Shown here: piece after piece, positions 50,746-63,935 of the stretch | Layout: every line of letters begins with the position of its first letter | How positions within the stretch are numbered: the stretch's first letter is position 1 | DNA from: Octopus sinensis | Taxonomy: Eukaryota | DNA: 64,000 bases | Assembly: GCF_006345805.1 (NCBI RefSeq) | Contig: NC_043000.1 | Span: 56,110,001 to 56,174,000, forward strand | Direction: 5' to 3' | The notes under the pieces: generated by a model | Seen by the model: only the letters and a program-made list of their open reading frames with translations | What the model was told of the DNA's origin: nothing | Database searches by the model: none | Position numbers and translations under genes: made by a program

Positions 50746-51710
50746 AAATACAAGCTGAAAAAAATGAACTTCTTATATATATATATATTCTGACAATTTA
50801 ATTACTGCTTTTTAAGCCATTGTGATATGTTCTCAAGCAATGGGCGTTTCTGAAATACAAAGCAGTACACAGTTATGAGAAGAATTTCTAGTTTGTCAAT
50901 AGTAAAAATTGTATCGACCCAGGTTTGTTCAATAGAGTTAATGCCCATAAAATGTTCTGAAGAACAATTCTGCCCATGATGTTACCTTACAACAATATGT
51001 GTACATCTTCTTATATTCCTATAAGTTTTTAGGCTTCTATAGCATTGATGATGTTACTGAATACGCATTATGAAACAGCTGTAAACATATGGAATAAATA
51101 GTTTTACTTGCAACCAATAAAGCAGTGTTGGTTTTCAAATTATTGACTCAATCAGATTTAAATGCTTATTCATTGAGTTGGTGTCTACAAAATATTAGAT
51201 TTTATATACTCACAATTTATAATATTTCATTATTCTGTTTTATCACAACTGTCTGATAAATGGTCTCATGAAACTCTGATTAAGAATTTGTGAAGTTTTT
51301 CACACACACACACATCTGTGTATGTATATATGTATATGCACACATGATGGGATTCTTTCATTTCAACCTACCAAATCAATTCCATTGGATTTAGTTGGCC
51401 AAAAGCTGGAGAAGAAGACATTTGCCCAAGGTACCATACAGTGAGACTGAACCCCAAACCAAACAGTTAAACAGCAAGCTACTTAACTATACAACCACAC
51501 AGCCACACCTGCACTATTCCATCTGTCTCTTTGTGCGTGTGTCTCTTTCTCTCTCTCTCTCATGATAAATATATATATATGCACACACATACATACTCAT
51601 ACATATACATATATACACAAATCATATGTATAGACATGCATACATGCAACACACCCAGATATTTATATATACAGAGAGAGCGACATATATACACATACAC
51701 ACATATATAG

Positions 51711-51757
<47 letters not shown>

Positions 51758-52654
51758 TGTTAAGGTTTTGACCTTTACATAAAATCTTCATCATGCATAA
51801 TGGGATTTCTTGATCTTTGAAGAAGATTAATGAACCATCCCTCTAACTTTCAAGGCAGGATCAGCAGCCACTATTGATGTAAAATCAATAATAGCAATAT
51901 GACTGCACACACTTTAATGCCTTGTTTTAAAATTTCCATCCTTAATTAAACCTCACAACACATATTTGGCATTTAAGTCAGAGACAATAAATAGTTGCCC
52001 CCATTTTTCCTTGTAGCAATATCTTTAATAATATATATATATATATATATATAATTTATACTCTTGATTACTTTGGGTAATTTTTGGAAAGACAGAGATA
52101 CATGTACTACATATACGTGTGTGTTTACACACACCTATGTATTTATATATATATTTGTATTTATGTGTATTAGAGAATGTAAATTTTTTAAACTAATCAT
52201 CATAAATCATATTTAAAATTGCTTTAAAAAATACTGATTAACACATGCATGATGCAAGAGAGTCTTTGTGAAAGCATTCTTGTTTTTGTCTGATTTTCAA
52301 ACACATGTGCTAATCTGCATAGCAGTAACTGTGTTCAGCAGTATAGTCACTTTTTCTGGCTTATTTTCAAACTGAAAATCTTTATAAACTGTTCTTCTTT
52401 TACCTTTTGTTTTTGTTCATTTTCATTTTGAAAAAAAAAAAATTGAATTCCTCATTGACAGAAATGTCTAGGTGTTCACAATATAGAGCATTCCTAACAG
52501 GTAGATCCTTGATTTGTTGTTTATGTATCCTGATCTTTTCATTTTGCAAGTAATATTTGCATTAACCTTAAATTCTTTCCCATCCTTGAAGTTTCTGATT
52601 TTTTTCCTGTACAATCAAATCACATATCCCACAGAAGTTTTCACATTTTGTTAC

Positions 52655-52833
52655 CTGTATTATTTCTTCTTCTGATGTGAATTTCACCTTTGTGAAATCT
52701 TTCAAGATATGACAGTTGTCAGTGATTGTTAATAATTCATGGCTCTTTAGAAGTTTTCGATGGATTTGATGACTGATGTACAATTGTGCAAATGTATCAT
52801 TTGGCTCTGTGTAAGATGTTAAGATTTCTGGAA
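52655..52833 (-). CDS. Candidate internal coding exon: xPEILTSYTEPNDTFAQLYISHQIHRKLLKSHELLTITDNCHILKDFTKVKFTSEEEIIQ
   Basis: Acceptor tgtgttgtcacccacag and donor CAG/gtaaca. 179 nt, phase 1 to phase 0, open frame with globular-protein-like composition. Confidence 0.6.
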
Positions 52834-53997
52834 CTGTGGGTGACAACACATTAATGATAATAAATATTTTTAGTAGTGAACAAGTCACTCAGTAAGATTC
52901 TACATGGCCACTTAACTTCCTAAACATAGCAACAAAATCTCTTGCAAATCACATCTTGTCACTTTAAAAAAGGTCACATTAAATAATGTAGTTGAAGTTA
53001 CACTGTGCATGAAAAGAAGATGCAATGTTTATAAACTAGATTGACTTTCAATCATTGAGATACTCCATTAGGACTAACCTCAGCTTAAACAACAACAACA
53101 ACAACAGTTAGTACTGGAAATGGACTAATATTTTAGTCTAAGAAAAAAGTTGAAGGGATTCAAAGAGATGTTAGATTTGTAAGTTAGAAAGGGATTATTG
53201 CACCATGCAAAGGGCAAAAAGTACAAGGTATAGAGAAAAGAGTAATGTGGCAGGGAAGTGAGATATGTGAAAAAAATTCAGAGTTCCTGTAGAGAAATAA
53301 TTCATGTGTATGTCAGATGTCAAATATTGCATGGAAAATGGTGCACAAAAGAGACAACAAAGAGGACAGGTATGAAAATTATTAGCTGACATTTAAAGTA
53401 GAAATTACTGAGTTAACATGAACATGTGAAGGAAATAAACAATGAACAGTGGATGAAAAGGTACTATATCCCGGTAATAGAATATGTCCTTTGTAAAGTA
53501 AAAACAAGAAAGAAACCAGATAAGATCTCAGAACAACAAACTGAAACAATGTTAATGTATTATGCCAATCGTTAGCATTTGTAAAATGGATGCTACTATA
53601 CAGATGATAAGAAGGACGAAGCGAAGGAATCAACAACAATGAGGATGATATAAATTGCATGGTCATATAAGTATGAAATAATGTTTTGTCTATGTCACCC
53701 AGGTTTTATATCAATTGGGCAAGTGTTTTTTTTTCGTTTTACTACAGCCCTGGGCTGACCAAAGCCTTTGTGAGTGGAATTGGAAGATGTCAACTGAAAA
53801 AAGCTCCTAATATATGTGCTTATACATACATACATACCTCACTCCCTACCTACCTATACAAACACACATAGACATATATATATATATACACACACATACA
53901 TTATATGGGCATATGTGCATAGTGCATACACATATGGACACACAGACATGTGTATGTATATATATGTACATGCATGTGTGTATGTGTATGCATATGT

Positions 53998-54029
<32 letters not shown>

Positions 54030-54227
54030 CATGTATTATATATATGTATGTATATATACACATACATGCACACATGCACGTATATAATATACATACATAT
54101 ATATACATATCTATATACAAACACACACACCACACACTTATAATACATACACATACATATATAAGAAAAAGAAATTTTTAATGACCATCCCAAAATATAA
54201 CAATATATGTGTATGTGTGTGTGCATG

Positions 54228-54259
<32 letters not shown>

Positions 54260-54804
54260 TTCTAAAGAAAAGAGAAACAGAAAGCAACAAGAATTAGCGT
54301 CCAAATGCATATTCGAGAGTGTTTATGTTTATTTGCTCGTTTACTTGAGTGTATGCATTACTGCATGCATATGTAAGAATCAGAATGGGGTGCGGTAGAG
54401 AAGGTTGTACACGCAGCTGGATGAATTTTTAAACTAATTTGCTACTAAAGAAGTTTCTAACTAGATTTAGTCATCGTGCCACGAGAGCAACATGATGCAA
54501 AATAGAAAATTAGATGCATGTGATTTAATTATTTCACTTGTAAGGTAATAAATTACGAATTTATGGGCAAGTTTTATTGTTTCGAAGATATAATTTTAGA
54601 ATATTTTAGCCTCTATAGGTTTGCCTTATGCCCTTGCTAATTATACAGTAACTGCAAAGTCAGTGTTGTGCAACAAGAAGTGCAGTGAGCTGCTAAGTGA
54701 TACATGTCTACAAATACACACACACACACACACACACTCAAAGGCCCATTCATTTTCTTGCAGGTATCAAAACTAAGGAATTAAATATTCTTTTGAAGTA
54801 GGTA

Positions 54805-55092
54805 TGGTTAGGGCAGCGAACTGGCGGTCGGAGGATCGCAGTTTTGATTCCCTGACTGGGCGTTATGTGTGTTTATTGAGCGAAAACACCTAAAGCTCAC
54901 AAGGCTCCAGTAGGGGCGGGGGTTACCCCTGTTGTACTCTTTCACCCCAACTTTCTCTCCCTCTTTCTTCCTGTTTCTTGAGTAACGTTGCGATGGACTG
55001 GTGTCCTGTCCAGCTGAGGAGGGAACACATATGCCACAGAAACTAGGAAATCGGGCCCATGAGCCTGGTTAGGCTTGAAAAGGACGCATAAA
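54805..55092 (+). mobile_element. SINE sharing its head with the 216 copy but with a different 3' module
   Basis: ggttagggcagcg...gtgtttattgagcgaaaacacctaaagctc...actctttc..caactttctctc is shared. It then diverges into gatggactggtgtcctgtccagc...gcataaataaa. Confidence 0.8.
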
Positions 55093-55441
55093 TAAAAACA
55101 ATTTAAGTAGGCATATTATTTAATCTATGACAACACTAAACCGTGTATCCTTGTTTTTAAAGAGATTGTTGTTGGAAGGGGTATTGACTAACAGGCTGAA
55201 CAATCAGCTAGAATCTCACTTGTTGGATTATTGTTTTATCAAACAGCAGTGGTGGAGACTAATGGAGAGTAGTATTAATAAACAAAATGTATAAGAGACC
55301 ATGGGTGTGTGTATGTGTAAATGTGTGTGCACATATGCATGTGTGCATGCATGCATGTATGTGTATGCGTGCAGAGAGGGATCGTGAACTGCAAAGGAGA
55401 GCATTTCTCAGTTTCCAGCCATTTGGATGAAGCAATGTTAC

Positions 55442-55564
55442 CAAAGGAAAAAAAATGGTGATGATTAATTCCAGCAATGTAGGCAGGATATACACCGAAA
55501 ACTAGCAGTTTCTCACAGAGTAAATGGGAGGTAGTTGATCCAGAGGGTAAAATGACATGACAAA
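55442..55564 (-). CDS. Candidate internal coding exon: xCHVILPSGSTTSHLLCEKLLVFGVYPAYIAGINHHHFFSF
   Basis: Acceptor cctacgtgcatttcacag and donor TTTG/gtaaca. 123 nt, only the phase-1 frame is open, and it is phase-compatible with the 52833 exon. Confidence 0.4.
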
Positions 55565-55962
55565 CTGTGAAATGCACGTAGGTATTGCCCAGGAGAAAAA
55601 TACATTTAGCCTTTTCGCTGAGTCAAGAACAAATCAAGCAGATACATGTGTAAATGTGTTTGTGTGCACAAGTATTTCTCTATGACTGCATGTATGCCCA
55701 TGCATGTGATGCTTTTATATGTGTGTATGTGTGTGTGTGTGTGTGAACCTTTAAGCATTGAAGCCATTCCATCAAGAATGGCTTCAGGAATCTGGGGAAT
55801 ACAAAACTTTATTCTTGATAAGCAGAAATATTGTCAGGTTTTCAATATCACCTAAAGTACTCATGTATTCACATGCTTATATTTTTCTAAGGGTTTCAGC
55901 ACATGCATGAATGCAAGAATACAAAGATAGTATTACAGAAGCTATGTATTTGATACTGTATT

Positions 55963-55993
<31 letters not shown>

Positions 55994-56084
55994 TTCTACA
56001 GCACACAACTGCATATTTCTCACAATCCCTCTTTCTTTCACCCTCTGCATTTGTATGTGTGTATGTGTCTAAATACATACATAC

Positions 56085-56128
<44 letters not shown>

Positions 56129-56335
56129 CAATAACAAAAGTATTTGTATGTATGTAGGTATGTATGTATATATGTATGTATGAATGTCTATATGATGATA
56201 ATGATATATACAGATACATATACATGTGCAGATGCATATTCATGTGTATAAATGATTTCTTTTACTTTTTATCTTTTTTGTAAATCATTATGTGTGTGTA
56301 TGTGAGTGTGTGCATGTGTGTGCATAAGCACATAT

Positions 56336-56370
<35 letters not shown>

Positions 56371-57013
56371 AGGCAAGTGTGAGAAAGAGTGCTAGAAAGA
56401 CTGGTGAACGCTGTTAGTTATTGAATGATAAAAACCTGTTTTTAATATAATATTTGAAGTTGGCTCTCACACCGTTAATTACATGCACATGCATACACAA
56501 ACATAGAAATGCTCAGCCAAAGGAAAATGAAAACCTAAAAGAAAGAAAGAAAGAAAGAAAGAAAGACAGAAAGAAAGAAAGAAAAATATATGGACAGAGA
56601 GACAAGGAATGTACATGGATGCTGAGCAGAAACCAAAGGCAGCATTCCAATCTTATTTGATACATACAAAACGCATTTAAACACACACATGCATACACAT
56701 AGACCCCTACACATGTGCATGCACACACTATACCACAACTAACATCATCATCATCAGCAGCAGCAGCATCGCCACAACAACAATAACAAAAATAGCAAAA
56801 AACAAAAAGCAAAAGAGATACAAAATAAACATGTTTGGACATTGTACAACTCACCAAGAAGTTTGTAAACGTATTTTAGAGCGTACATACACAGAAATGT
56901 AAATATGTAAGCAGACACACTAACACATATACACACACATTTACTCACATGAATTTATACACATATATGTATATTTATAATGATACAGTTATATCATAGG
57001 TATATATATTATA

Positions 57014-57055
<42 letters not shown>

Positions 57056-57057
<2 letters not shown>

Positions 57058-57868
57058 TCACCATGGAAATGACTAGAGACCGAGACCTATGGAAGTATGC
57101 TGTGCGTGAGAAGACCCGGCAAGACTGGTGAAGCCATAACCCGTGGCCCCTACATGGGACGTAGTCACTCCACCTGTGCATACCTTCCTTCTTGTGACAC
57201 TTGTGAAGACCTGTTGAGGCAAGTGAAAATCAAATCAAATCAAACCAAATCAAAATAGATGAACATCAATGGAATTTGTATCTTTGTGGTACCAGTGGCG
57301 GTGGCACATAAGAAAACCATCCGAACGTGGCCATAGCCAGTACCGCATCGACTGGCCTCCGTGCTGTGGGCACGTAACAAACACCACCTGATCGTGGCCG
57401 TTCGCCAGCCTCGTCTGGCACCTGTGTCGGTGGCACATAAAAAACACCATCCGAGCATGGCCGTCTGCCAGCCTCGTCTGGCACCTATGTCGGTGGCACA
57501 TAAAAAACACCATCCAAGCGTGGCCGTCTGCCAGCCTCATCTGGCACCTGTGTCGGTGGCACATAAAAAACACCATCCGTGCGTGGCCGTCTGCCAGCCT
57601 CGTCTGGCACCTGTGTCGGTGGCACATAAAAAACACCATCCGAGTGTGGGCGTTCGCCAGCCTCGTCTGGCACCTGTGTCGGTGGCACATAAAATCACCC
57701 ACTACACTCTCGGAGTGGTTGGCATTAGGAAGGGCATCCAGCTGTAGAAACACTGCCAGATCTGACTGGCCTGGTGCAGCCTTCGGGCTCGCCAGACCCC
57801 AGTTGAACCGTCCAACCCATGCTAGCATGGAAAGCGGACGTTAAACGATGATGATGATGGTGATGATG
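57056..57868 (+). mobile_element. RTE LINE 3' end: ORF terminus, 3'UTR with five 63-bp units, (GAT)n tail
   Basis: Translates MEMTRDRDLWKYAVREKTRQDW*. Unit starts at 57411, 57474, 57537, 57600 and 57663 (period 63). Inserted in (TA)n. Confidence 0.9.
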
Positions 57869-58036
57869 ATATATATATATATTCATGTAATGTGTGTCTG
57901 TCGATAAACAACCATACATATGCACTTTCATATATATATTGTAATAATAATGATAATAATAATAACAATAATAATACTAATAAAAAGTAACAACAAAAGA
58001 ATGAGACCTCGATATTAGAGAAATAGAGGATCATTT

Positions 58037-58192
58037 ATATATGTTATAATTTAGAACAAACAATAAAAGATTGTCATTATAGTACTCGGAGTTGCCATTA
58101 ATTTATGAGAATGTATCATAGCTCTTTACTCTGACAATCAAAACTCCAAGTACTATAATGACAACCTTTTACTGTTTGTTCTAAATTACAGC

Positions 58193-58199
<7 letters not shown>
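58037..58199. repeat. Hairpin: ~57-bp arms, ~48-nt loop
   Basis: atatgttataatttagaacaaacaataaaagattgtcattatagtactcggagtt pairs with aactccaagtactataatgacaaccttttactgtttgttctaaattacagcatat. Confidence 0.9.
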
Positions 58200-58223
<24 letters not shown>

Positions 58224-58458
58224 TTAAATAATGAAGGTGACAAATTGAATATTAATTTAATTAACATCAATTTAGCTTAGCATATAGAAAAATCTGGAAA
58301 TCCAGAAAAATTGTAATATATGCGTATAATAAGTGGTCATCTGTTATTATATATATACATCAGATAGATAGATCAACAGATAGATAAATTGCTAAGGTAG
58401 GTAGGTAGGTAAGCAAGCAGGAAGACAATCAGACAAGTAGATAGACCAATAGACACTG

Positions 58459-58528
<70 letters not shown>

Positions 58529-58580
58529 CAGATAGATAGATAGGTAGATAGATAGATAGACAGATAGATAGATGGATAGA
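58459..58580 (+). repeat. (GATA)n tetranucleotide microsatellite
   Basis: Read directly. Other long tetranucleotide tracts are (ACAT)n at 2960-3040 and (ATGT)n at 43748-43833. Confidence 0.98.
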
Positions 58581-58910
58581 TTTATATATGTGTGTATGTG
58601 TATCTATATGCATTTATGAAGTACATGTATAAATGTATATGGCTTTAAAACAATGTATGCGTGTGCGCGCGTGTGTGTGTGTGTATAGTAATGTTGGTTT
58701 GTGTCAGATGAATGACATAGAATTGCACACTGCATACTACATGTTGTAGAGTAATATTGTTACTGGAATTGAGGTTTTATCTCACAACTTGTTTCACACC
58801 ACTGGGATCTTCAGAGATCACAGGAGCATGAAATTCAAGTAGCAAAATAAAAATTCTGTTTCAGTGAACTACACACACACACACACACACATACACACAC
58901 ACACACACAC

Positions 58911-58951
<41 letters not shown>

Positions 58952-59347
58952 TTTGCTTAAATGGCAGAAGTTACAGAGTGACTCAACGGCTGAGAGTTTT
59001 ATACATTGGCATTTATGAAACTGGTTTCAAATTATAGAGGTTATATTTATATAGACTGATTAAACTGATATATCACTAAACCTCTGTGTGTGTATGTGTG
59101 TGTGTGTTTGTGTGTACACACATATATACACAAAGAGAGAGAGAGAGATACCATTTAATGTACACAGTATTTAAATAAGACCTACTATGGAGACATGATA
59201 ATTCAACAGATTTATATAAAGTGCCTTGTGTCTCCAAGCATTATTTCAATATTGGTGTACATGGTTAGTCTTTTTTGAAAACCAAGAAGCTACATATAAC
59301 AGAACAGTAAACTCCCTCTCTCTCTTTCTGTATATATCTATATATAC

Positions 59348-59406
<59 letters not shown>

Positions 59407-59935
59407 ATACTCTCACACACACACATATGCACACATAAGTAAATAGCAACAGATGGATAATGTGGAAATTCACTACAGCTGTTTCTAATGAATTTTTAAT
59501 TGTTTAATGGAAACATTACATCATTAGAAAATTATTTACATCAGGTGAATTCATGAACCACAACATTCAAATGAATTCAAATTTCAATGGGATGTGCACC
59601 TTCATGATTCTATAACCCTTGCAGGTCATATATGTATACACACATGTACATCTACATAGGAACGTGGGTGTATATGAGTGTGCAGGTGTGGGTATGTGTG
59701 GATGTGAAAGTGAGAAATTGTAATGTAAAATATAGTGCTTTAATGAGCATAAAATAATGGCCTTGTGCAAAGGAGACGTAGTTGTTATACTAAAGGATTG
59801 TTTTTACCTTTCCTAGGACAAAAATGAAAAAGCAATTGGTCATACTAGTTTCTTGTCTTCTTCGACCTTCATCAAAGAAAGAATACCCATCTTCTGTCCA
59901 CAGAGAGATTAGTAGCCAAAGGTATTTATAGTGTA

Positions 59936-60443
59936 CCATAAATCCTTGAGTATAGTCTGCCCTTGAGTATAATACACAAGGGACTTTTAGGGGGCTGTAC
60001 CTTTGAAAAACCTAAACCTTGTGTATAATACACACCCCTTCTCTAACTTGAGTTGTGCATAATTAAACCAGCAGCACCTAGTCTAACAAACACTTCTGCA
60101 CATGTGTAATACAATAATGGGGATGTTCTTAACTGTTATATGGGAATGTAAATATGTTTGCAAATTGTTTTAGTTACATGTTATTCTGTGTTCTGAATAC
60201 TTTTATTTTAATAAATGTTGCTTACTGCAAGTTATGGATGATTCTCTTATGACTTCATTGCTTTCAGTCTTAGCTTAAGGTATTTTCACGCCCGACATCA
60301 CAAAATGCGTCTGAATAAACATTGCCAGACTCGGACATTGCTTAGAAAATATTTTTCATTTTTAACCTCGTATATGGTATGCACTAGGGATTTTGACCTT
60401 TAAATTTGGGGAAAAAATGCAGATTATACTCAAGGATGTATGG
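59936..60443. mobile_element. pogo/Tigger-like (TA-flanked) non-autonomous DNA transposon
   Basis: TA-CCATAAATCCTTGAGTATAGTCTGC ... GCAGATTATACTCAAGGATGTATGG-TA. Confidence 0.75.
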
Positions 60444-60840
60444 TATACAGTCTTGGACACCAGTCAGTCTAATTTACATAACTGTACATGCACTAACAAG
60501 GATGTAAAAAAAATTATACAGCATGTTTGGGTCGGTTGAAATGCACTGTACAGTAAACCTCTTCAACAAACCATCAATGTTAATTCTGGTGGGAAACGAA
60601 AACAAAGGTTTTATAGCACAAGTTTCTATCTCCCTGAGAGCAGATTAAGCAAACTAGTTTAGTTCAATTATTGCTTGTATAAATAACTATGAGTTATTAA
60701 TCTCTAAATGACAGAAAATGGGAATTCTTTCTCTGATGAAGGTCTAACAAGGCAAGACACTAGAGCTGGCCAGCAGAAGAGCTTCCCAGGCTCCATTTGT
60801 CTGTTGTGGCATGGTTTCTATGGATGGATGTACTTCCTAA

Positions 60841-61073
60841 AGGCGGCGAGCTGGCAGAACCGTTAGCACGCCGGGCGAAATGCACAGCTGTATTTCGTCT
60901 GCCGTTACGTTCTGAGTTCAAATTCCGCCGAGGTCGACTTTGCCTTTCATCCTTTCGGGGTCGATAAATTAAGTACCAGTTACGCATTGGGTGTCGATGT
61001 AATCGACTTAATCCGTTTGTCTGTCCTTGTTTGTCCTCTCTGTGTTTAGCCCCTTGTGGGTAGTAAAGAAATA
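60841..61073 (+). mobile_element. Intact young SINE with 15-bp TSD, inserted into an RTE-type tail relic
   Basis: TSD ggatgtacttcctaa at 60826-60840 and 61074-61088. B-box-like gagttcaaattcc. CpG-rich. Confidence 0.92.
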
Positions 61074-61728
61074 GGATGTACTTCCTAATGCCAACCACTT
61101 TACATAGCACCAGCACAGGAGCATTTATGTGGTACCAGCATGAACACTTTCACATGGCAACAGCACAGGTGCTTTTATGGTACTGGCGCAGGTGATTTTA
61201 TGTAGCACCAGCACCCATGAGTCTGCAAGTTTAGGATCTCTCAGTCACTCCCATCCACTCTTATATAATGTGAAGTAACCATTTATCTTCCCCACAGGAA
61301 GAAATCAGTCGCATCCTTTGAGTTAGATGGTGAGCACATTAGTGCTGGAGCTGCAAAAAAGCACCCAGTACACCATGTGAAGTGACTAGCATTGAGGCAT
61401 CACACAGTCTTTCAATTTGCCGTATTCTTTCAAACTATGCAATTCACAGTGTAGATGCATGGTGTAATCGTTAGGGTATTGGATTCATAGTTGTAAGATT
61501 GCGATTTCCATTCCGGGACTGGGCAGTGATTTGTGTTCCTGAGCAATACACTTCATTTCATGTTGCCCCAGTCCACACAGATGGTAACAATTAGTAATCT
61601 CATGACAGATTAGCATCCCATCTAGGGAGAAATATATATATATATATATATACTGTCCGAAGTCAGTATGCCATGATAGATTGTTAGCTCCTACATGCAT
61701 TTTTTCTCTCCTTGTTTTTTTCTGTGTA

Positions 61729-61766
61729 TCTTTCTGTCGAAGAGCATAGGCTCGAAACGTAAAAGA
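61729..61766 (+). ncRNA. Minimal type I hammerhead-like motif with variant core
   Basis: Stem I UCUUU/AAAGA, core CUGUCGA plus A, stem II GAGC-auag-GCUC, then GAAAC-GUA. Stem III is the loopless palindrome ACGU. Confidence 0.55.
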
Positions 61767-62534
61767 CTTTTTCTATTTCTGTTCCTGAGTGCTATACTAA
61801 TACATTTGTTTGTTGGCTTTCGTCTTTTGTTTATTTTCGTAAAACTTTCCCGTTATATATATATATATATGGCAGAAAAACTGGGAAACAAACTCTATGC
61901 TCTTTCTGGAGTAATGTGAAATAACAATGCAACCCATACCAGCATGGAAGATGGATATGGAATGATGGTGATGATGAGGAGGAGGAAGAGGAGATCATTG
62001 AGAAGAGGAGGAGGATAACAATAATGTTGATGAAGATAATGACAGTGATGACGATGATGATGATGATGATGATGATTCATATTAACGTGTGTGTATGTCT
62101 TTATGTATAGATATATTTCTTACAAAAATAATGTCTTTATTTCTGCATGTATGTGTATATATACATATGTGCACATATGTATGCAAATATATGTATACTC
62201 ACGTGTGTATATATATATACATTTACATGTGTGTATATGTACATTTACGAGTATCTGAGATGTGAATAATTTACCTTGTGGAGAGAATGTGGAAGTTAAA
62301 AACTCATGTGTACATCTTATGTGCCATTGTGTTCCTTCTGCTTATCTCTGTTTGCAGACTTTGTGTTAAAATAATTGAAGCACACAAAAGCCTAGAGATA
62401 CTAATATATGCATAATAGGTCAACACAATGCAATATTGGATATGCATTTATATATTTTATGGCAGTCTTGGACTGAAAGAGTCCAGTGCATTAACATATA
62501 CAGATGAATACATACATACATAAATATATATATA

Positions 62535-62599
<65 letters not shown>

Positions 62600-63078
62600 T
62601 GTATGTGTGTGTGTTTTTATATAGTCTTTTAGATACAAAAGTCATAAAGGATTTATTGACATTTTGGCTACGTTCGTGTCTTTCTGATATTTCATTTTGG
62701 ATTTGCTGATCTGTATATAATCAGAATACATCAGTTATATTTCTTTCTTTCTCTCTTCTTCTAATGACAACAATAGAACTTTTATTTTAAATGTGAGACT
62801 GTAAGACACATTAATTTGTGACTGGAGGAAAATATATGCATAAATGTATGTATTATTTTTATATGTCTACTCAGTGCTGTACTTGTTTCCAAGTGTCTAT
62901 ATATCTTAGCCATATTTATATTCAAATCTATTATATTATTGCTACAAACATCAATTTATTTTCATATTTATTGAGTACACTACTAAAAATATTTACACAC
63001 AAAAATATTTTCAATATACTTACAAAGTATATATTTTTATTGTTAGTATATACATACATACAAACATACACACACGTA

Positions 63079-63151
<73 letters not shown>

Positions 63152-63332
63152 TATAATTTGGCAAAAACCTTGTAATGTCTATATAAGCTCTAATGTCGTT
63201 ACTTGGCTACCATATGATATCCTTCAGGAGTATATTCCAAAGTTAGATACAAAAACAAATGTAGTGATCTACTATTAAAGCTTGTTATTCTCTATGCTCA
63301 TACATTATCCTTATACATTTATTTGTGTGTGA

Positions 63333-63368
<36 letters not shown>

Positions 63369-63729
63369 TGATAAATACAATATGTCTTTATGTGGTATTA
63401 TGCCAGACAGTATTTTTTAATATTTCTGGTGTCCTAGCATGACCTTCAGGTACTGCCCACATGGCATAACAAACTGTTTTTTTTTCTCTCATCTTATTGT
63501 CCCACTTTTAGTTTGTTATGTCATGTAGGCAGTGTCTGAAGATTGTACCAGGACATCAGACACATTAAAAAATATTGTCTGGCATGCTCTCAGCACATGA
63601 AACTAATACTAGTACATAAAAACATATATTGTGTTTATGAAATAATATTTATCTCTTACGAGATGGAGTATTTCTTTTTTGTTAATTTTACCATCATGGA
63701 ACAGTACACTGTATATATATATATATATA

Positions 63730-63935
63730 TGGGTTCACCAAGGATTGGTGCTCAGCCTCATCTTGTTCATTGTAGTCCTCCAGGTAATAACATTGGAATT
63801 TAAATCAGGCTGCCCCTGAGAGCTCTTCTATGCTGATGAGCTTGCTTTTATTACTGAATCACTACCAGAACTAAAGAAGACATTCTAGGTATGGAAGCAA
63901 GGTCTAGAATCAAAGGGTCTTAGAGTTAATCTAGC
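63730..63935 (+). pseudogene. Decayed RTE reverse-transcriptase fragment
   Basis: Disrupted translation VHQGLVLSLILFIVVLQVITLEFKSGCP*ELFYADELAFITESLPELKKTF*VWKQGLESKGLRVNLAKT, containing the RT QG and YADD-like motifs. Confidence 0.85.

Noticed and set aside
57395-57450. Ribozyme-like words in the 63-bp unit (CCAG-CCUCGU-CUGG like HDV P3/L3; CAGAUGAG...CGAAC like a hammerhead core on the minus strand)
   Set aside because: P1, P2 and the catalytic C cannot be placed for an HDV fold. The hammerhead-like word lacks U4 and the third A, and has no stem II.
57361-57828. 63-bp tandem array as a CRISPR array or as a repeat protein (MCHRHRCQTRLADGHARMVFF)n
   Set aside because: The units are near-identical with no unique spacers, there are no cas genes, and the context is eukaryotic. 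The array lies in an RTE 3'UTR after the ORF stop, and the frames stay open only because 63 is a multiple of 3.
59817-59922. Exon candidates on both strands
   Set aside because: The core of the segment is an inverted repeat of 60710-60763, so it is more likely repeat-derived.
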